DNA of 64,000 nt from an uncultured Acidobacteriota bacterium (GCA_963796275.1 CAWCKY010000003.1:416001-480000); one strand, 5' to 3'; shown: positions 36,901 to 49,934, numbered from the stretch's first letter. The notes: generated from the sequence alone by a model not told the origin. A program made the numbers and translations.

Positions 36901-37408
36901 GCAACGGCGCGCCCGGAATGAGCGTGGTCAGTTGCATATAATTGCGGCCATTGAGCGCGAGCTCCTGAACCTGCGCCTGGTCGATCACCCGAGCGAGCTC
37001 GCCCGAGGTCGAATTAACCGTCTCGCCGGCAGCTGCCGTGACTTCGATGACCTCCGTCACCTGGCCGGGTTCGAGCGCGAAATCGACCGTCAAACGGCCA
37101 TCGGCAACGAGCGCATATCCGGTTTTGCTCGCTTTCTTGAAATCCTTAGCTTCAACCGTCACGTTGTAGTCGCCCACGGGCAGATTGGTGACGACGTAGA
37201 AACCGTTCGGATCGCTCATCGCCGTGCGTTCGATGCGGGTGGCGATGTTAATAACTTTTATCACCACTCCAGGCAGCGATGCGCCATCAGTATCTGTCAC
37301 TGTTCCCGATATCCGGCCTGTAATTGTTTGCGCTGATCCGCTGCCGCTGAGCACTAGCGCCAGAAGCACATATAGCACATATATCAAGGGGGTAGCTTTG
37401 CGGTTCAT
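33992..37408 (-). CDS. TonB-dependent receptor (Oar-like) with carboxypeptidase-regulatory-like N-domain
   Basis: Signal peptide, [36 protein letters not shown], and C-terminal [11 protein letters not shown]; start MNRKAT with GAGGAG RBS. Confidence 0.9.
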   Translation of the reverse strand: MNRKATPLIYVLYVLLALVLSGSGSAQTITGRISGTVTDTDGASLPGVVIKVINIATRIERTAMSDPNGFYVVTNLPVGDYNVTVEAKDFKKASKTGYALVADGRLTVDFALEPGQVTEVIEVTAAAGETVNSTSGELARVIDQAQVQELALNGRNYMQLTTLIPGAPLLNDDQLAMMTDLGVSQPINGNRGNSNLLTVDGGFNLDSGSNGSQINNVGIDFIRELAVRTSNFSAEYGRNSGASINVVTRSGGNQFHGSVFEYLRNDKVDANNVFNNMRDVERPGLRYNNMGFSFGGPIIKDKFFFFGGMEWKYIRRFQTSPLRTIPTRAERNGDFSFRLRGPDGIVGTADDGALRNPANASTTCLAPEITNGVITKAAVRTGCFPNNTIPVNLFTADGRAINSVISAMEARAVSYTDTATSNNVLFQEPNPFDFRQEILRLDYRFNERHSIYGRYLHDDYNLVAPYGTFIDSQLPTIPTNRRRPGFSYQVGHTWMITPTIINEAKVNASWNGQRVPPFGDAWKRSTYDFTYQQVFNGGGPFDDGIPNTNINGFATFDGPTGALNSPTTDIALSDNISWVRGAHTLKTGVLYIRNRKDQNGRSNYTGSVNFNASGNPNSTSNAFADALLGNFRTYSEAAIDPIAFFRFSQIESFVGDNWRVNRKLSLELGMRYQYGVPTFAQADNIVNFDPALYDPSQAVTLNRNGTIDVSKGGNRHNGLIRAGSGVPDSELGRVPNANSPEVLGVPTGANRGLYNPQHLFAPRFGFAYTPANDNKMAIRGGFGIFYDRPEGNIIYSSGNMPPYMPSAQFENGNLADILAGGVAPFSDIFTVDPNLVTPYVMNYSLSIQRELPGGIFGEIAYVGNQGRHLLRQPDINQPAFAVLVGNQLRPSAERGATNFMRPYKGFAQIRQRLSDSNSNYNALQLYATKRKGDLTMTVSYTWSKALAENSGNGDNLEDPFNRSFNYGPASFDRRHIFVTTYTYRLPFFRKANAFLNNTLGGWEVSGITRWQTGQYLTPTGNSSIGGRRADATGEPVDGPRTIDEWFNTAAFGRPSDDRRGVAGVGVIEGPGRHLWDLSLRKGFSLNEKFKLQFQADFFNAWNIVNLNNPNVDSNNNAYGTISAAAPARNVQVGLKLTF

Positions 37409-37633
37409 AGGTTCTCCTCGTTGTTGGGTAAAGGAATTGAATAGAAATCTTCCCAGCAAAGCGATAGCAAAGCCTGATAAATATGTTTTTTTCAGGTATA
37501 TCAGATTGCAGACTTTACGAGTCCGAGTAAAAGCAGATAAGCTCGACTTGCAGTACAAAGACGCAAGTGCGTAGCCCAGATCGGGCCAATCTCGCAATCT
37601 TTGAAGGCTTCAAGGAGCAATTGACACAACGCG

Positions 37634-38590
37634 CTAAGCGGATGCCAATTGAGCTCTGGCCGCGCGCTTCAGTTTCAATTCTTTTGCCGCGTCAACCGTC
37701 ATTTCGGAGCGATAAGCGGCAGCGAGGGCAGCAATCCACGGCACTGCCTGCCATGCGAGATCGAAGAAAAGGAGAGGCATCCTGTCGATCCCGCTGAATT
37801 CCTGAATATCTAGTCTTTTCAGCGCCCCCGCCAACACAAGCACTCCGCGCAACATGGTATAAAGCGTCAGCAGACGCAGGGCCACTGCGAGCTTGCCGCC
37901 GTCCATCTGCGTCGCCATCCGGTGAAGTACCAGGCTGGCAGCGGCGCTGAGCGAGAGCAGACACAGGCCGATCAATTGAAGATATCGGCTGATCGGATAT
38001 GGCGATTGCGCCTGCGTCAGTCCATCCCGGAAAAAAAAGAGCAGAATGATCAGGATGAAGATGCCGCAGATAGCCGCATAATCGCGGATTTCAATCCGGA
38101 AGCCCAGGCCAACCCGATGATACGACCATCCCATCGCCAGCAGTCCTAACAGCAGACAAGCATTGGCAGGAACGATCGCTACGTGCTGGAGCAATCCGAA
38201 AATGATGCCGTTTCTATACCCCTCCCAGAAGAAATTAAAGACCCAGCTCTCGATAAATATTCTGATTACCGAGATGCCGGCATTAGCGGCAAGGGCCAGC
38301 CATGAGATGCGCAGCCATAGGGTATCTTTGTATTCACTGGCGATCTCGAGATTGAGCGCCATCGCGAAAAAATAGGCCCAAAACAAAGAAAACGTTGTGA
38401 TCGCTCCCTCGTATAGTCGCAACCGCGGCGTCCAGCCGAGAATGTACGGAAGATGCGCCATCAGCCAGAGGCTGAAATTAATCGCCAGTCCGTAGAGAAT
38501 GACTTTCGGTGTGATCCGCGAAGCAAACATATATGACCAGCAGAGTCGGACCCGGTCTATGGCGAGGGGCATTACCGATACCCCATTCAC
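37634..38590 (-). CDS. Hypothetical polytopic membrane protein (~8 TM)
   Basis: Hydrophobic ORF immediately after the anti-sigma stop; GTG at 38590 is preceded by GGAGG. Confidence 0.7.
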   Translation of the reverse strand: MNGVSVMPLAIDRVRLCWSYMFASRITPKVILYGLAINFSLWLMAHLPYILGWTPRLRLYEGAITTFSLFWAYFFAMALNLEIASEYKDTLWLRISWLALAANAGISVIRIFIESWVFNFFWEGYRNGIIFGLLQHVAIVPANACLLLGLLAMGWSYHRVGLGFRIEIRDYAAICGIFILIILLFFFRDGLTQAQSPYPISRYLQLIGLCLLSLSAAASLVLHRMATQMDGGKLAVALRLLTLYTMLRGVLVLAGALKRLDIQEFSGIDRMPLLFFDLAWQAVPWIAALAAAYRSEMTVDAAKELKLKRAARAQLASA

Positions 38591-38592
38591 CT

Positions 38593-39111
38593 CTAACCTC
38601 CAAAATCTATGATCTGTCCGCTCTCCCAGACCAGGTGTGCGCCGGTCTCGCCGCACATCACGGCGGCGATCGATTTCAAACTAGTAAGAAACGGAGTCCA
38701 GTTCTCCAAGGTGACCTGTTCGAGCGATCGGGCGGGCGAGACTTGCGCGGCGGCGCTCAGGGCTTTGCGTGCCGTTTGCGATCCGCACATCGGCGCCATC
38801 ACCGCCGCCAGCGCATCCAGCCGCTGTTTGACGGAACTCTGTTTAGTGTAGACCGTCTCCAGCTCCGCGGTCCGGATGCGCGTAAAGACGCCATGCAACC
38901 CCTTTCTTAGTTGATGGTCTTGCAGGGTGAGGGTATCTCGTATCTCTTCGCCGGCTGAGCGCAGGGCTTGCGTTGTGAGGGCCATCTGTTCATGAAATTC
39001 CCAACAGGGCAGACAGCCGATTAGATGCGCTTCGATCCGATCGCGGGCCGCTTCATCGAGCTGCCCTTCCAGATAATCGTTCCACTCCTTCTCCGATATT
39101 CCGTGAATCAT
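38593..39111 (-). CDS. Soluble zf-HC2 anti-sigma factor with unknown C-terminal domain
   Basis: DYLEGQL..IEAHLIGCLPC (HxxxCxxC); abuts the ECF sigma; no TM. Confidence 0.85.
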   Translation of the reverse strand: MIHGISEKEWNDYLEGQLDEAARDRIEAHLIGCLPCWEFHEQMALTTQALRSAGEEIRDTLTLQDHQLRKGLHGVFTRIRTAELETVYTKQSSVKQRLDALAAVMAPMCGSQTARKALSAAAQVSPARSLEQVTLENWTPFLTSLKSIAAVMCGETGAHLVWESGQIIDFGG

Positions 39112-39732
39112 TTAGTTTATCCTTTTTCTCGCATCCTTCTTCAACGATCCCCCGATGACCGATGCGAGTTTTTTCTTGGCATTGAAGAGCCGCCATTTAA
39201 CTGTGCCTATCGGGATGCCCAGGGCGACGGCCAACTCATCGTAACTTAATTCTTCGACGAAGCGCAGAATGACTAACTCGCGTTCGGCCGGTTCCAGATA
39301 GCTCATCCAATCCGAGAAATCCGAGTTGCGTGTCATCTCCACCTCGGTCGTCAACAATTCGCCGAGATATTCGCCCAGAGGCTCGAATTCTGCGATCTCG
39401 CTGCGCACTCGCTGCTGGCGCCAGTGCCGGAGCATCTCGTTCTTGGCGACCTTAAATAACCAGCCGTAAAATTGCTCCTTTTCACGCACATCGCCCGCGC
39501 GCTGGTAGGCGATGAACATTACGTTTTGAGCGAGCTCCTCAGCAATACTCGACTCCAGTCCCCTCAGCAGGAAATATCGGCGTATCCGGGCATAGAACGA
39601 CTCGAAGAGCGCGCAAAATGACTCCTCCGTTCGTGTCTCCAGAAACAGCTCGATAGCCTGTTTCTCTTCCAATTGCTTAACTCCTCTGATCAAAGGTTTC
39701 GGATAGATATCATCCGATGGCTGGTCATTCAT
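39112..39732 (-). CDS. ECF RNA polymerase sigma factor
   Basis: Region 2 AEELAQNV..FYGWLFKVAKN; region 4 LSYDELAVALGIPIGTVKWRLFNA. Confidence 0.92.
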   Translation of the reverse strand: MNDQPSDDIYPKPLIRGVKQLEEKQAIELFLETRTEESFCALFESFYARIRRYFLLRGLESSIAEELAQNVMFIAYQRAGDVREKEQFYGWLFKVAKNEMLRHWRQQRVRSEIAEFEPLGEYLGELLTTEVEMTRNSDFSDWMSYLEPAERELVILRFVEELSYDELAVALGIPIGTVKWRLFNAKKKLASVIGGSLKKDARKRIN

Positions 39733-39870
39733 CTTTCACTAATTAAAGATGCAGTGAACCGGTGATTTTGTTTGTGCACATCAAAAAAAACTCAAAATTT
39801 CATCTATTCTTTGTATACACGCGACTTATAAATGCAAGTGGGACCTTTTGCTGTGATTATTTGTAAGTAT

Positions 39871-40248
39871 TTAGGATGGCCTGAGTTCAATAGTATTTCC
39901 ATCCGGGTCGCGGACAAATAGCTGCGGATTGCCGGCACGCCCGCTCCCGTAGTTGATTGCGACGCCCAGCCGGCGCAGCGTATTTTCCGTCTCTTGAATG
40001 TTCGCGACACTCAATGCTATGTGGCGGTCGTGGCGCGGCGGATCAGCGTGTCCGGGCATCTGATTTACGCTCATTAAATGTAGCTGATGTCCGTTTCCCA
40101 GATCGTACCAGCGTCCGGGGAAACCCAGGTCCGGGCGCGGCAACAATGGCAGGCCGAGCACACTTTCGTAGAATTCGGCGGCTCGCTCGACATCGGTGAC
40201 GAGAAATCCGGCGTGATGAAATCCCGAGATTGTGATCGGCATCGGCAT
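39871..40248 (-). CDS. VOC/glyoxalase family protein
   Basis: [37 protein letters not shown]. Confidence 0.9.
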   Translation of the reverse strand: MPMPITISGFHHAGFLVTDVERAAEFYESVLGLPLLPRPDLGFPGRWYDLGNGHQLHLMSVNQMPGHADPPRHDRHIALSVANIQETENTLRRLGVAINYGSGRAGNPQLFVRDPDGNTIELRPS

Positions 40249-40277
40249 CTCCTATTATTCGATTTATTCGGGTAGAG

Positions 40278-40322
40278 ATCGAAAAAGAATTAATCGAAAA
40301 AGAATTAATCGATAAAGAATTA
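40278..40322. repeat. 15 bp tandem repeat x3 in a divergent promoter region
   Basis: atcgaaaaagaatta, atcgaaaaagaatta, atcgataaagaatta. Confidence 0.9.
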
Positions 40323-40444
40323 TAAGACTAGCTCGCCTGATGATTGATGAGCAAGTGTAATTATCATGATCTGGGGTTTCATTGAGTAGTTCCGCGCGGT
40401 ATTTGCTTCTTATAATTTTCCTTTATCTCAGGAGATATTTACAT

Positions 40445-41491
40445 ATGAATACAGAGGTCGGGTTTGGACTGGTCGGATGCGGATTGATCGGCAAGGTCCA
40501 GGCTGAGGCGATCGAATCGATTGCCGGAGCGCGGCTGCTTGCCGTCTGCGGCCGTGATGAAAAGCGCTCGGTGGAATTTGCCGCTCGTTACAAAATTACG
40601 GCTTACACGGACTATGACAAATTCCTCGAACATCCCGGATTGCGGATCGTGACGATCTGCACGCCGAACGGGACGCACGCTCAGTTGGGAATAAAGGCAG
40701 CCCGAGCCGGAAAACACGTGCTTGTCGAAAAACCTATCGAGATCGATCTCGATCGCGCCGACCGGTTGATACAAGCGTGTGAAAATGAGGGGGTGAAGTT
40801 GGGCGTCATCTTCCAATCGCGATTTCTGGCCGAAGTGCAGAAGTTCAAGCGAGCGATCGATGACGGAAAACTGGGGCGGTTGATCATCGGAGATGCATAT
40901 GTGAAATGGTATCGCGCGCCGGAGTATTACGCTCCCGGTTCGTGGCACGGGACGCTCAGCCTTGACGGCGGCGGGGCATTGATCAACCAGGCGATCCACA
41001 CGGTCGATCTACTGCGCTGGATGATGGGTCCGGTTGACACCGTTTTTGCGATGAAATCCGCATTGCGCTATCCGCAGATCGAAGGCGAAGATACGCTGGT
41101 CGCCAGTCTGCGTTTCCGCAACGGCGCGCTCGGAGTAATCGAGGCGGCGACATCGGCCAAGCCAGGTTTCAAGCGAAGGCTGGAGATAAGCGGTGAACGC
41201 GGAACTATCATTCTTGATGGAGATGCGATCGGTTCCTGGGCTATTGATGGTGAGGTCGCGGAAGAGAGTGAGGCCGAACAGCTGACCGACGGATCGGCAA
41301 ATCCCGCCGCGATCTCGAACGAAGGACACCGGCGCCAGATCGAAGACATGATGAATGCGGTGATAGAAGACCGGTCTCCGATGATTGACGGGCGAGAGGG
41401 AAGGAAATCTCTGGAACTGGTCAGGGCGATCTACCAATCGGCCAGCAGCGGAGAGGTTGTCAGATCAACGACCGATCAGTCAGTTGTGTAG
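40445..41491 (+). CDS. Gfo/Idh/MocA oxidoreductase
   Basis: [27 protein letters not shown]; start MNTEVG with AGGAG RBS. Confidence 0.9.
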   Translation: MNTEVGFGLVGCGLIGKVQAEAIESIAGARLLAVCGRDEKRSVEFAARYKITAYTDYDKFLEHPGLRIVTICTPNGTHAQLGIKAARAGKHVLVEKPIEIDLDRADRLIQACENEGVKLGVIFQSRFLAEVQKFKRAIDDGKLGRLIIGDAYVKWYRAPEYYAPGSWHGTLSLDGGGALINQAIHTVDLLRWMMGPVDTVFAMKSALRYPQIEGEDTLVASLRFRNGALGVIEAATSAKPGFKRRLEISGERGTIILDGDAIGSWAIDGEVAEESEAEQLTDGSANPAAISNEGHRRQIEDMMNAVIEDRSPMIDGREGRKSLELVRAIYQSASSGEVVRSTTDQSVV

Positions 41492-41619
41492 GAAATTAAA
41501 TGTCAATTGAATCAGCATTCCTAGCTCTCGCAGGTTGATACAAAAGGGGGTCAAAATCGAGCAGAGGAAATATCTTTCTTTTTTCCTTTTCATTCGCTGC
41601 ACCCGCTTCGAGCCGCGGG

Positions 41620-43713
41620 TCAGGTTGAGAGAGCAGGCTCCAGCAGGGTCTCTTGTGAATTGAAGGGCTTCTCATCTGAATTTCGTGACCTGATGTATGT
41701 GCCATCCATTTGCAGCCAGCGCATCTTCACGTTATCCGAAAATGCCGGTTCCAGGACTTCGCGCACGATCCGTTCTTTGATCCTTTCATCTTCGATCGGA
41801 AAGAGTACCTCTACGCGGCGATCGAGATTGCGGTTCATGAGGTCTGCGCTGCCGAGATATATCTCTTCGTTGCCGCCGTTTATGAAGCGATAGACGCGCG
41901 TGTGTTCGAGAAAACGCCCGACGATGCTCCCGACTCTGATCGTCTCGCTCTTGTCCGGCATACCCGGACGCAGGCATGAAATGCTGCGCACGATCAGGTC
42001 GATCGGCACGCCTTCCCGAGATGCCGCATACATCTCTTCGATCATGTTGGTGTCAGTTAGATTATTGAATTTGGCTATGATCCCCGCCGGCCGCCCGGCC
42101 TGCCGGTGTGCGATCTCACGCCGGATCAATTCGGTTATGGTCTTACGCAGGTTGACCGGCGCAACGAGAAGCTTGCGATAACGGGCCTGCCGCGAGTACC
42201 CGGTCAGGTAATTGAAGAGATCCGAAGCGTCGGCACCGATCTCGGGGTCGGCCGTGAAGAGGCCGACGTCGGTATATATGCGCGCGGTGACGGGGTTGTA
42301 GTTGCCCGTGCCCAGGTGCACATAGCGACGCAGCGTGTTCTTCTCCTGGCGCACGACGAGCGCGAGTTTCGCGTGTGTCTTCAGTCCGATCAAGCCGTAG
42401 ACCACGTGAGCGCCGACTTTTTCCAACCTCCTCGCCCACTGGATATTGTTCTCTTCATCGAAGCGAGCTTTCAATTCCACGAGCACCGCCACCTGTTTAC
42501 CCATCTCCGCGGCCCTGATCAGCCAATCGACTATCGGCGAGTCCTGTCCAACTCGGTAGAGCGTCTGCTTGATGGCCAGTACATTGGGGTCGACTGCCGC
42601 CTGGCGCAAAAATTCGATGGCCGGCGCAAATGATTCATAGGGGTGATGCAACAATATGTCCTGGTGGCGGATGGCGTCGAAGATCGATTCGCTCGAACGC
42701 AGAACCGCGGGCGTCGTCGGGTTGAATGGCTGATCCTTCAGTTCGGGCAGATCGAGTTTGTAAAATGCCATCAGGTCCGGGATATTGAGTGGGCCGTCGA
42801 TCGTGTAGACATCCTGCTCAACCAGTTCCAGCGCACTCCTCAACACCGTGACCATCTCCGGGCTCATTCCCGCAGAAACCTCGAGGCGCACACAGAAACC
42901 GAACCGTCGCTGCCGCAACTGTTGCTCGACTGTCTTCAATAAATCGGCCGCTTCTTCTTCTTCAATCTCGATATCAGCGTCACGGGTGATGCGAAATGGC
43001 CGGCATTCGCGGATTCGCATTCCGGGGAATAGCATATCGATGTGCGCGGTGATTACTTCCTCGAGCAGAACGAAGCAATAGCCTTCTCCGTTGACGGGGA
43101 TCAAGCGCGGCACATTAGGCGGAACCTTGACGCGCGCAAACCGCGGTTCTTCGTCGTCCTCGCGAACCTCCGGCTCGACCAGCGTCGCCAGATTCATACT
43201 GTTATTGGAGATGTGCGGGAAAGGATGGCTCAAATCGACTGACAGGGGCGTCAGTACGGGAAAGACGCGTTCGTTGAAAAAAAGGCGCAGTTCCTCGCGC
43301 TGTTCTTTGTTCAACTTGTTATATGCAATGATACGTATGCCGAATTGTTCCAGGCCCGGCAGAACCTGTTTGAGCAGACAACGCGTCTGCACTTCCAGCA
43401 GTGGACGCAGGCGTTCGGAAATCTGGCGCATCTGAGTCGCGGGGGTTAGCCCGTCGGGCGAAAGCAGCGTCTGGTTTCCTTCCAGCTGTTCCTGCAATCC
43501 CGAGATGCGCACCATAAAAAATTCGTCGAGATTGCTTGAGAAGATCGAAAGAAACTTCAGTCGCTCAAGGAGAGGTTGGGCCGGATCGAGCGCTTCATCA
43601 AGGACACGGCTATTGAACTCGATCCAACTCAGTTCGCGGTTGAGCAGCGAGTTTTCCGTGAGAATTCCAGCAGCTTTGCCTGTCTTCTCCAAAAAGGGCG
43701 CAGGAGTTTCCAT
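41620..43713 (-). CDS. ppk1: Polyphosphate kinase 1
   Basis: [72 protein letters not shown]. Confidence 0.97.
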   Translation of the reverse strand: METPAPFLEKTGKAAGILTENSLLNRELSWIEFNSRVLDEALDPAQPLLERLKFLSIFSSNLDEFFMVRISGLQEQLEGNQTLLSPDGLTPATQMRQISERLRPLLEVQTRCLLKQVLPGLEQFGIRIIAYNKLNKEQREELRLFFNERVFPVLTPLSVDLSHPFPHISNNSMNLATLVEPEVREDDEEPRFARVKVPPNVPRLIPVNGEGYCFVLLEEVITAHIDMLFPGMRIRECRPFRITRDADIEIEEEEAADLLKTVEQQLRQRRFGFCVRLEVSAGMSPEMVTVLRSALELVEQDVYTIDGPLNIPDLMAFYKLDLPELKDQPFNPTTPAVLRSSESIFDAIRHQDILLHHPYESFAPAIEFLRQAAVDPNVLAIKQTLYRVGQDSPIVDWLIRAAEMGKQVAVLVELKARFDEENNIQWARRLEKVGAHVVYGLIGLKTHAKLALVVRQEKNTLRRYVHLGTGNYNPVTARIYTDVGLFTADPEIGADASDLFNYLTGYSRQARYRKLLVAPVNLRKTITELIRREIAHRQAGRPAGIIAKFNNLTDTNMIEEMYAASREGVPIDLIVRSISCLRPGMPDKSETIRVGSIVGRFLEHTRVYRFINGGNEEIYLGSADLMNRNLDRRVEVLFPIEDERIKERIVREVLEPAFSDNVKMRWLQMDGTYIRSRNSDEKPFNSQETLLEPALST

Positions 43714-43906
43714 ATATCCAGGTATTTTATGTGATATCTGTTTAAGACGTCAATTTTTGGAGGAGATTAGCGACCGGGAGGAAAGACGGAGGTGCGGGCA
43801 AGGTGCGGGCAAATAAATACAAATTTGAACTTTTTGCTTTTTGCATATTCTCCCTTCCCGCCTCCAGTACTTGCGCCTGTGCCGCCGACATGCTGATAAT
43901 GCCGGA

Positions 43907-44494
43907 ATGAATTCAGATCGGAAGGTGGATTTGGAGAAGATCGCAGCGGGTGCGCGCTTGATTCTCGAGGGCATTGGCGAAGACATAGCTCGTCCGGGCT
44001 TGATCGAAACGCCGCGTCGCATAGCCGAAATGTATGCCGAAATCTGCGGCGGACTGCACGAGGATCCGGCAACCGAGATAAAGGTCATAACGGCCGAGAC
44101 GCACGACAATATCGTCATGGTTAAAGACATTCCGCTGTATTCGCTCTGCGAACACCACCTCGCCCCGTTCACCGGGGTCGTGCATATAGCATATATTCCG
44201 AAGGACGGTCGCATCGTCGGACTATCGAAGATCGCCCGCATAGCCGACATCTTCGCGCGCCGCCTGCAGATTCAGGAACGCCTGACGACTCAGATCGCGG
44301 AGTTGCTTTATCATGGCGAGTTGCAGCCGAAGGGAGTGATGGTGGTTATCGAGGCGGTACATCTTTGCATGGTGATGCGCGGGATCAAAAAACATGGTGC
44401 CACATTTATCACCTCCGAAGTGCTGGGCGTTTTCAGAAAAGACGAGCGAACGAGGATTGAAGCGATGTCGTTCTTAACCGAGCACAGACGATAA
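43907..44494 (+). CDS. folE: GTP cyclohydrolase I
   Basis: [38 protein letters not shown]; start MNSDRK. Confidence 0.95.
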   Translation: MNSDRKVDLEKIAAGARLILEGIGEDIARPGLIETPRRIAEMYAEICGGLHEDPATEIKVITAETHDNIVMVKDIPLYSLCEHHLAPFTGVVHIAYIPKDGRIVGLSKIARIADIFARRLQIQERLTTQIAELLYHGELQPKGVMVVIEAVHLCMVMRGIKKHGATFITSEVLGVFRKDERTRIEAMSFLTEHRR

Positions 44495-45267
44495 TGCAGG
44501 AAAGATTGCAAAAAATCATCGCCACAGCAGGTATCGCCTCGCGGCGCAAGGCCGAAGAGTTGATGCTCGCCGGTGAGGTCAGCGTCAACGGAAAAATAGT
44601 GACCGAACTCGGAACAAAGGCCGATCCCGACAGGGACCATATAAAAGTGCGCGGGAAATTGATAAACCCGAGGCTCGAGAAACAGGAGAATATCTATCTG
44701 TTGCTCAATAAACCGCCGGGATTTTTGACCAGCTGTTCCGATCCTAGTAATCGCCCGCTGGTCATCGATCTGCTCGGACCTTATCGCAATAAAGTTCATC
44801 CGGTAGGACGGCTCGATTTCAATACCGAAGGACTGCTGCTCTTGACCAACGATGGTGATTTCACGCATCTCATTTCTCACGCGGCCAAGGAAGTCCCGAA
44901 AATTTATGAGGCCAAAGTGAAAGGGAAGCCGGGGGCGCATCAGATCAAATTGCTCGAACGTGGGGTCGTAGTGGGAGGCGTGCGGACCGCCCCCGCGAGA
45001 ATTCGCTTGCTCGAGGAGAGCGCTACAAACGCCTGGTACGAAGTGACGCTTTATGAAGGGCGCAACCAGCAGATCAGAAAAATGTTCGATTCCATCGGCC
45101 ATTCCGTTATCAAGCTTCGACGCGTCGGCATCGGGTTTTTACGCAAAGAGCGCCTCAAGCCCGGCCAGTTCAGGTTGCTCGATAGGGTTGAGGTCAAAAG
45201 GTTTTTTGGAGGAAAGCGAGGAGTGAGAAAAAATAATCCGGGAAGGTCGAGTAAGAAGCCAGCGTGA
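44494..45267 (+). CDS. rluB: 23S rRNA pseudouridine synthase (RsuA/RluB family)
   Basis: ERLQKIIA..ASRRKAE (S4 domain), VGRLDFNTEGLLLLTNDG, EGRNQQIRKM. Confidence 0.85.
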   Translation: MQERLQKIIATAGIASRRKAEELMLAGEVSVNGKIVTELGTKADPDRDHIKVRGKLINPRLEKQENIYLLLNKPPGFLTSCSDPSNRPLVIDLLGPYRNKVHPVGRLDFNTEGLLLLTNDGDFTHLISHAAKEVPKIYEAKVKGKPGAHQIKLLERGVVVGGVRTAPARIRLLEESATNAWYEVTLYEGRNQQIRKMFDSIGHSVIKLRRVGIGFLRKERLKPGQFRLLDRVEVKRFFGGKRGVRKNNPGRSSKKPA

Positions 45268-45320
45268 TTTGCAAGGATTTATTCCGCTCCCAGCCTCCGA
45301 CTTTCGCCCGTTCCCCAAAC

Positions 45321-45349
45321 TTGACAAGGTATTAGCAAACCTATAGAGT
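45321..45349 (+). promoter_or_regulatory. Candidate sigma70 promoter upstream of ispH-rpsA
   Basis: TTGACA-N17-TAGAGT. Confidence 0.55.
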
Positions 45350-45465
45350 CTAAACTTCTTATTTAAGGTGGATTTATCGGGTTATTAGTCTAAAAAATGC
45401 TACACGGGAGTCTGACTACCATCCCCTGCCATTATTTCTCCGAAGAGGAAAATCAAGGGTAACAA

Positions 45466-46306
45466 ATGGAGATCATCTTGGCTGAAAGTCTGGGTTTTTG
45501 TATGGGCGTCAAGCGTGCCGTAGATACTGGCTTACCGTGCGCTCGACAAAGCAGGCGATCAGCCGGTCGTGACGCTGGGGCCCTTGATCCACAATAGCCA
45601 GGAGATAGAACGGCTGGAGCGAGATGGCGTCAGAGAGATCGATGAGGATTCCATCCCATCTACCGGCACTATCATCATCCGGGCTCACGGCGTTCCTCCT
45701 CGGGCATATGAGGAATTGAAAGCCCGCGGATTGAAAGTAATGGATGGCACGTGCCCTTATGTGCATTACTCCCAGCGCAAGGGGATCGAGCTCAAAGATG
45801 AAGGGTATACGATAGTCATCGTCGGTGATAGGAATCATCCGGAGATCCGGGGTATCCTCGGTTACATCGATGACCAGGCTTATGTAGTCAAAACCGTCCA
45901 GGAAGCGAGGGCGCTCCCGAATTTCGACCGCATCGGAGCTCTCGCGCAGACGACGATCAACCCGGTAAAATATCGGGAAATCATCCAGGTCCTGCGTGAG
46001 AAAGCGAAAGAGGTGAAGGTCTGCGAGACGATTTGCGATGCTACGGAAGAGAATCAGCGAGCCATTCGCGAACTGTCGAGGGAAGTCGAGATGCTCTACG
46101 TCATTGGCGGCCGTCATAGCGCAAACAGCAACAAACTGGTCGAATCGGCGCGGGATGGGTGTCCGCGGTCTTTCCTGATTGAAACTCCGGATGAGATCAA
46201 CCCGGAAGACCTGCGTGGGGTGGATCGGGTGGGAGTCGGCGCCGGGGCTTCGACGCCCGATTGGATGATTCAACGAGTTGTCGAGAGGCTGAGAGACATT
46301 GCTTAA
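45466..46306 (+). CDS. ispH: 4-hydroxy-3-methylbut-2-enyl diphosphate reductase with an apparent +1 frameshift near 45526
   Basis: MEIILAESLGFCMGVKRAVD from ATG 45466 is out of frame with LAYRALDK..LGPLIHN, RAHG, DGTCP, TICDAT, SANS and AGASTP. Confidence 0.92.
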
Positions 46307-46443
46307 TGTTGGCAAAACAGCTTCAACGGTTTATTATTACAAACTCTTTCAACACGGCAAGGTATTTAGCATGCTGAAAGATTGCCATGAACCGGGCTGC
46401 ATGTGCTGCTCGGATAGTTTTCCCAGGAGGAAGTCCAGTTTCA

Positions 46444-48336
<1,893 letters not shown>

Positions 48337-48437
48337 AAGCTTTGACGCCAGGGCGAAAGACGCAAAGACGCAGTTGAGGCTAAACAGAAACTCATCGCGC
48401 CTTTGCGTTTTTACGTTCGGCGAGTTTCCCATATTTT

Positions 48438-49385
48438 ATGAATAGACGCACGCTAGCGTGGACCTTGATAGCAGGAGCAATCCTGTGTGGGCTGTTTTTT
48501 ATCGCGCTTTTCGCCGCGATGATGATGATGTCGGACGGCGACGGTTTCATCGGCGTGGGCGATCGCATAGCCGTGATCCCGGTCGAAGGCGTGATCGACG
48601 ACGAATTGGCGAAGAACGTCAACCGGCATCTCAAGCAATACGGCAATGACGCGCGCGTGAAGGCCATCATTCTACGCATCGACAGTCCGGGCGGAGGAGT
48701 TTCTGCCTCGCAGGAGATTTACCGCGAAGTGCGGCGGATCAAGGATGGTAATAAGAAGAAAGTGTTCGTATCAATGGCCAGTGTAGCAGCATCAGGCGGA
48801 TATTACATTGCCTGCCCCGCCGATAAAATTTACGCAAATCCCGGAACTATCACCGGGAGCATAGGCGTTATAGCAGAATGGTTTAACTTCAAAGAACTTG
48901 CTGACTGGGCGAAGGTCAAACCTGTTGTGTTTAAAAGCGGCGAGTTCAAGGATACGGGTTCTCCCACACGCGACCTCACCGATCGGGAGAAGAAGTATTT
49001 TCAGGGAATGATCAATGAGCTTTACCGGCAGTTTGTTGGTGCCGTAACGGAAGGACGCAAAGGCCGGGGCGGTGAAGCCGGGGAGCTCACTGAAGAGCAG
49101 ATCAAGAATTTGGCTGACGGGCGGATCTATACCGGCGAAGGAGCCAAGAGACTTGGCCTTATCGACGAGATCGGAAATTACGAAGATGCGGTGAAAGATG
49201 CTGCCAAACAGGTCGGCATCAAAGGAGAGCCGCAGATAATAACTCCACCCAAGCCGCGCGAAGGTATTACTATTCTAGACCTTCTGCTGGGGGCGGCTAG
49301 AATACCTGACATTTCGCCAAGCCAGTTGCCCGGTCAATTAGGCGATATGGATACGTCTGTCAAATTTAAGTATCAGTGGAAGTAA
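48438..49385 (+). CDS. sppA: Signal peptide peptidase SppA (36K type)
   Basis: RIDSPGG, AASGGYYIA, TGSIGV, ADGRIYTG. Confidence 0.93.
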   Translation: MNRRTLAWTLIAGAILCGLFFIALFAAMMMMSDGDGFIGVGDRIAVIPVEGVIDDELAKNVNRHLKQYGNDARVKAIILRIDSPGGGVSASQEIYREVRRIKDGNKKKVFVSMASVAASGGYYIACPADKIYANPGTITGSIGVIAEWFNFKELADWAKVKPVVFKSGEFKDTGSPTRDLTDREKKYFQGMINELYRQFVGAVTEGRKGRGGEAGELTEEQIKNLADGRIYTGEGAKRLGLIDEIGNYEDAVKDAAKQVGIKGEPQIITPPKPREGITILDLLLGAARIPDISPSQLPGQLGDMDTSVKFKYQWK

Positions 49386-49436
49386 CCAGCGATTCCCAAA
49401 AATATTTTATTCTATTCGTCGTCAAACGGAGGAGCG

Positions 49437-49799
49437 ATGACAAAAGCAGAATTGGTCGAAGAGGTTGCCCGTGCTGCCGAGTTGACCAAGAAGGACTCGG
49501 AAGTAGTAGTAGACGAGGTATTTAAAAATATCATCCAGGCTCTTAACCGGGGAGAGAAGATCGAACTACGGGGCTTCGGCTCGTTCCGAGTGCGACAGCG
49601 CGATGCGCGTCGTGGGCGTAATCCAAAGACCGGCGCGCCGGTCGATATCCCCGCTAAACGTGTACCGTATTTCAAACCGGGCAAAGAACTCAAAGAGCTG
49701 ATAAATGACAAAGCGATTGAAGGATCAATTGAAGGAGCGATCGACGATAATAACAGCGGTGAAAACGCCATGAGCGATGCCGCTGCTGCGGAACCATAA
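49437..49799 (+). CDS. ihfB: Integration host factor beta / HU-family DNA-binding protein
   Basis: MTKAELVE, IELRGFGSF, GRNPKTG, PYFKPGKELKE; rpsA-sppA-ihfB gene order. Confidence 0.82.
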   Translation: MTKAELVEEVARAAELTKKDSEVVVDEVFKNIIQALNRGEKIELRGFGSFRVRQRDARRGRNPKTGAPVDIPAKRVPYFKPGKELKELINDKAIEGSIEGAIDDNNSGENAMSDAAAAEP

Positions 49800-49934
49800 A
49801 ATTATTTCCATATGTCGATTTCATTCGCCATCGATTCCGACAGCCCACAACCCGATGGTGAATGGCGGATCATAATCGACAAATGGAAGATACCAGCAAC
49901 CCTCCCTTTTACTCTCTCCTCCTCGGAGGTATGT

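Noticed and set aside
44311-46315. 263 aa and 268 aa minus-strand ORFs
   Set aside because: Antisense to folE/rluB and ispH.
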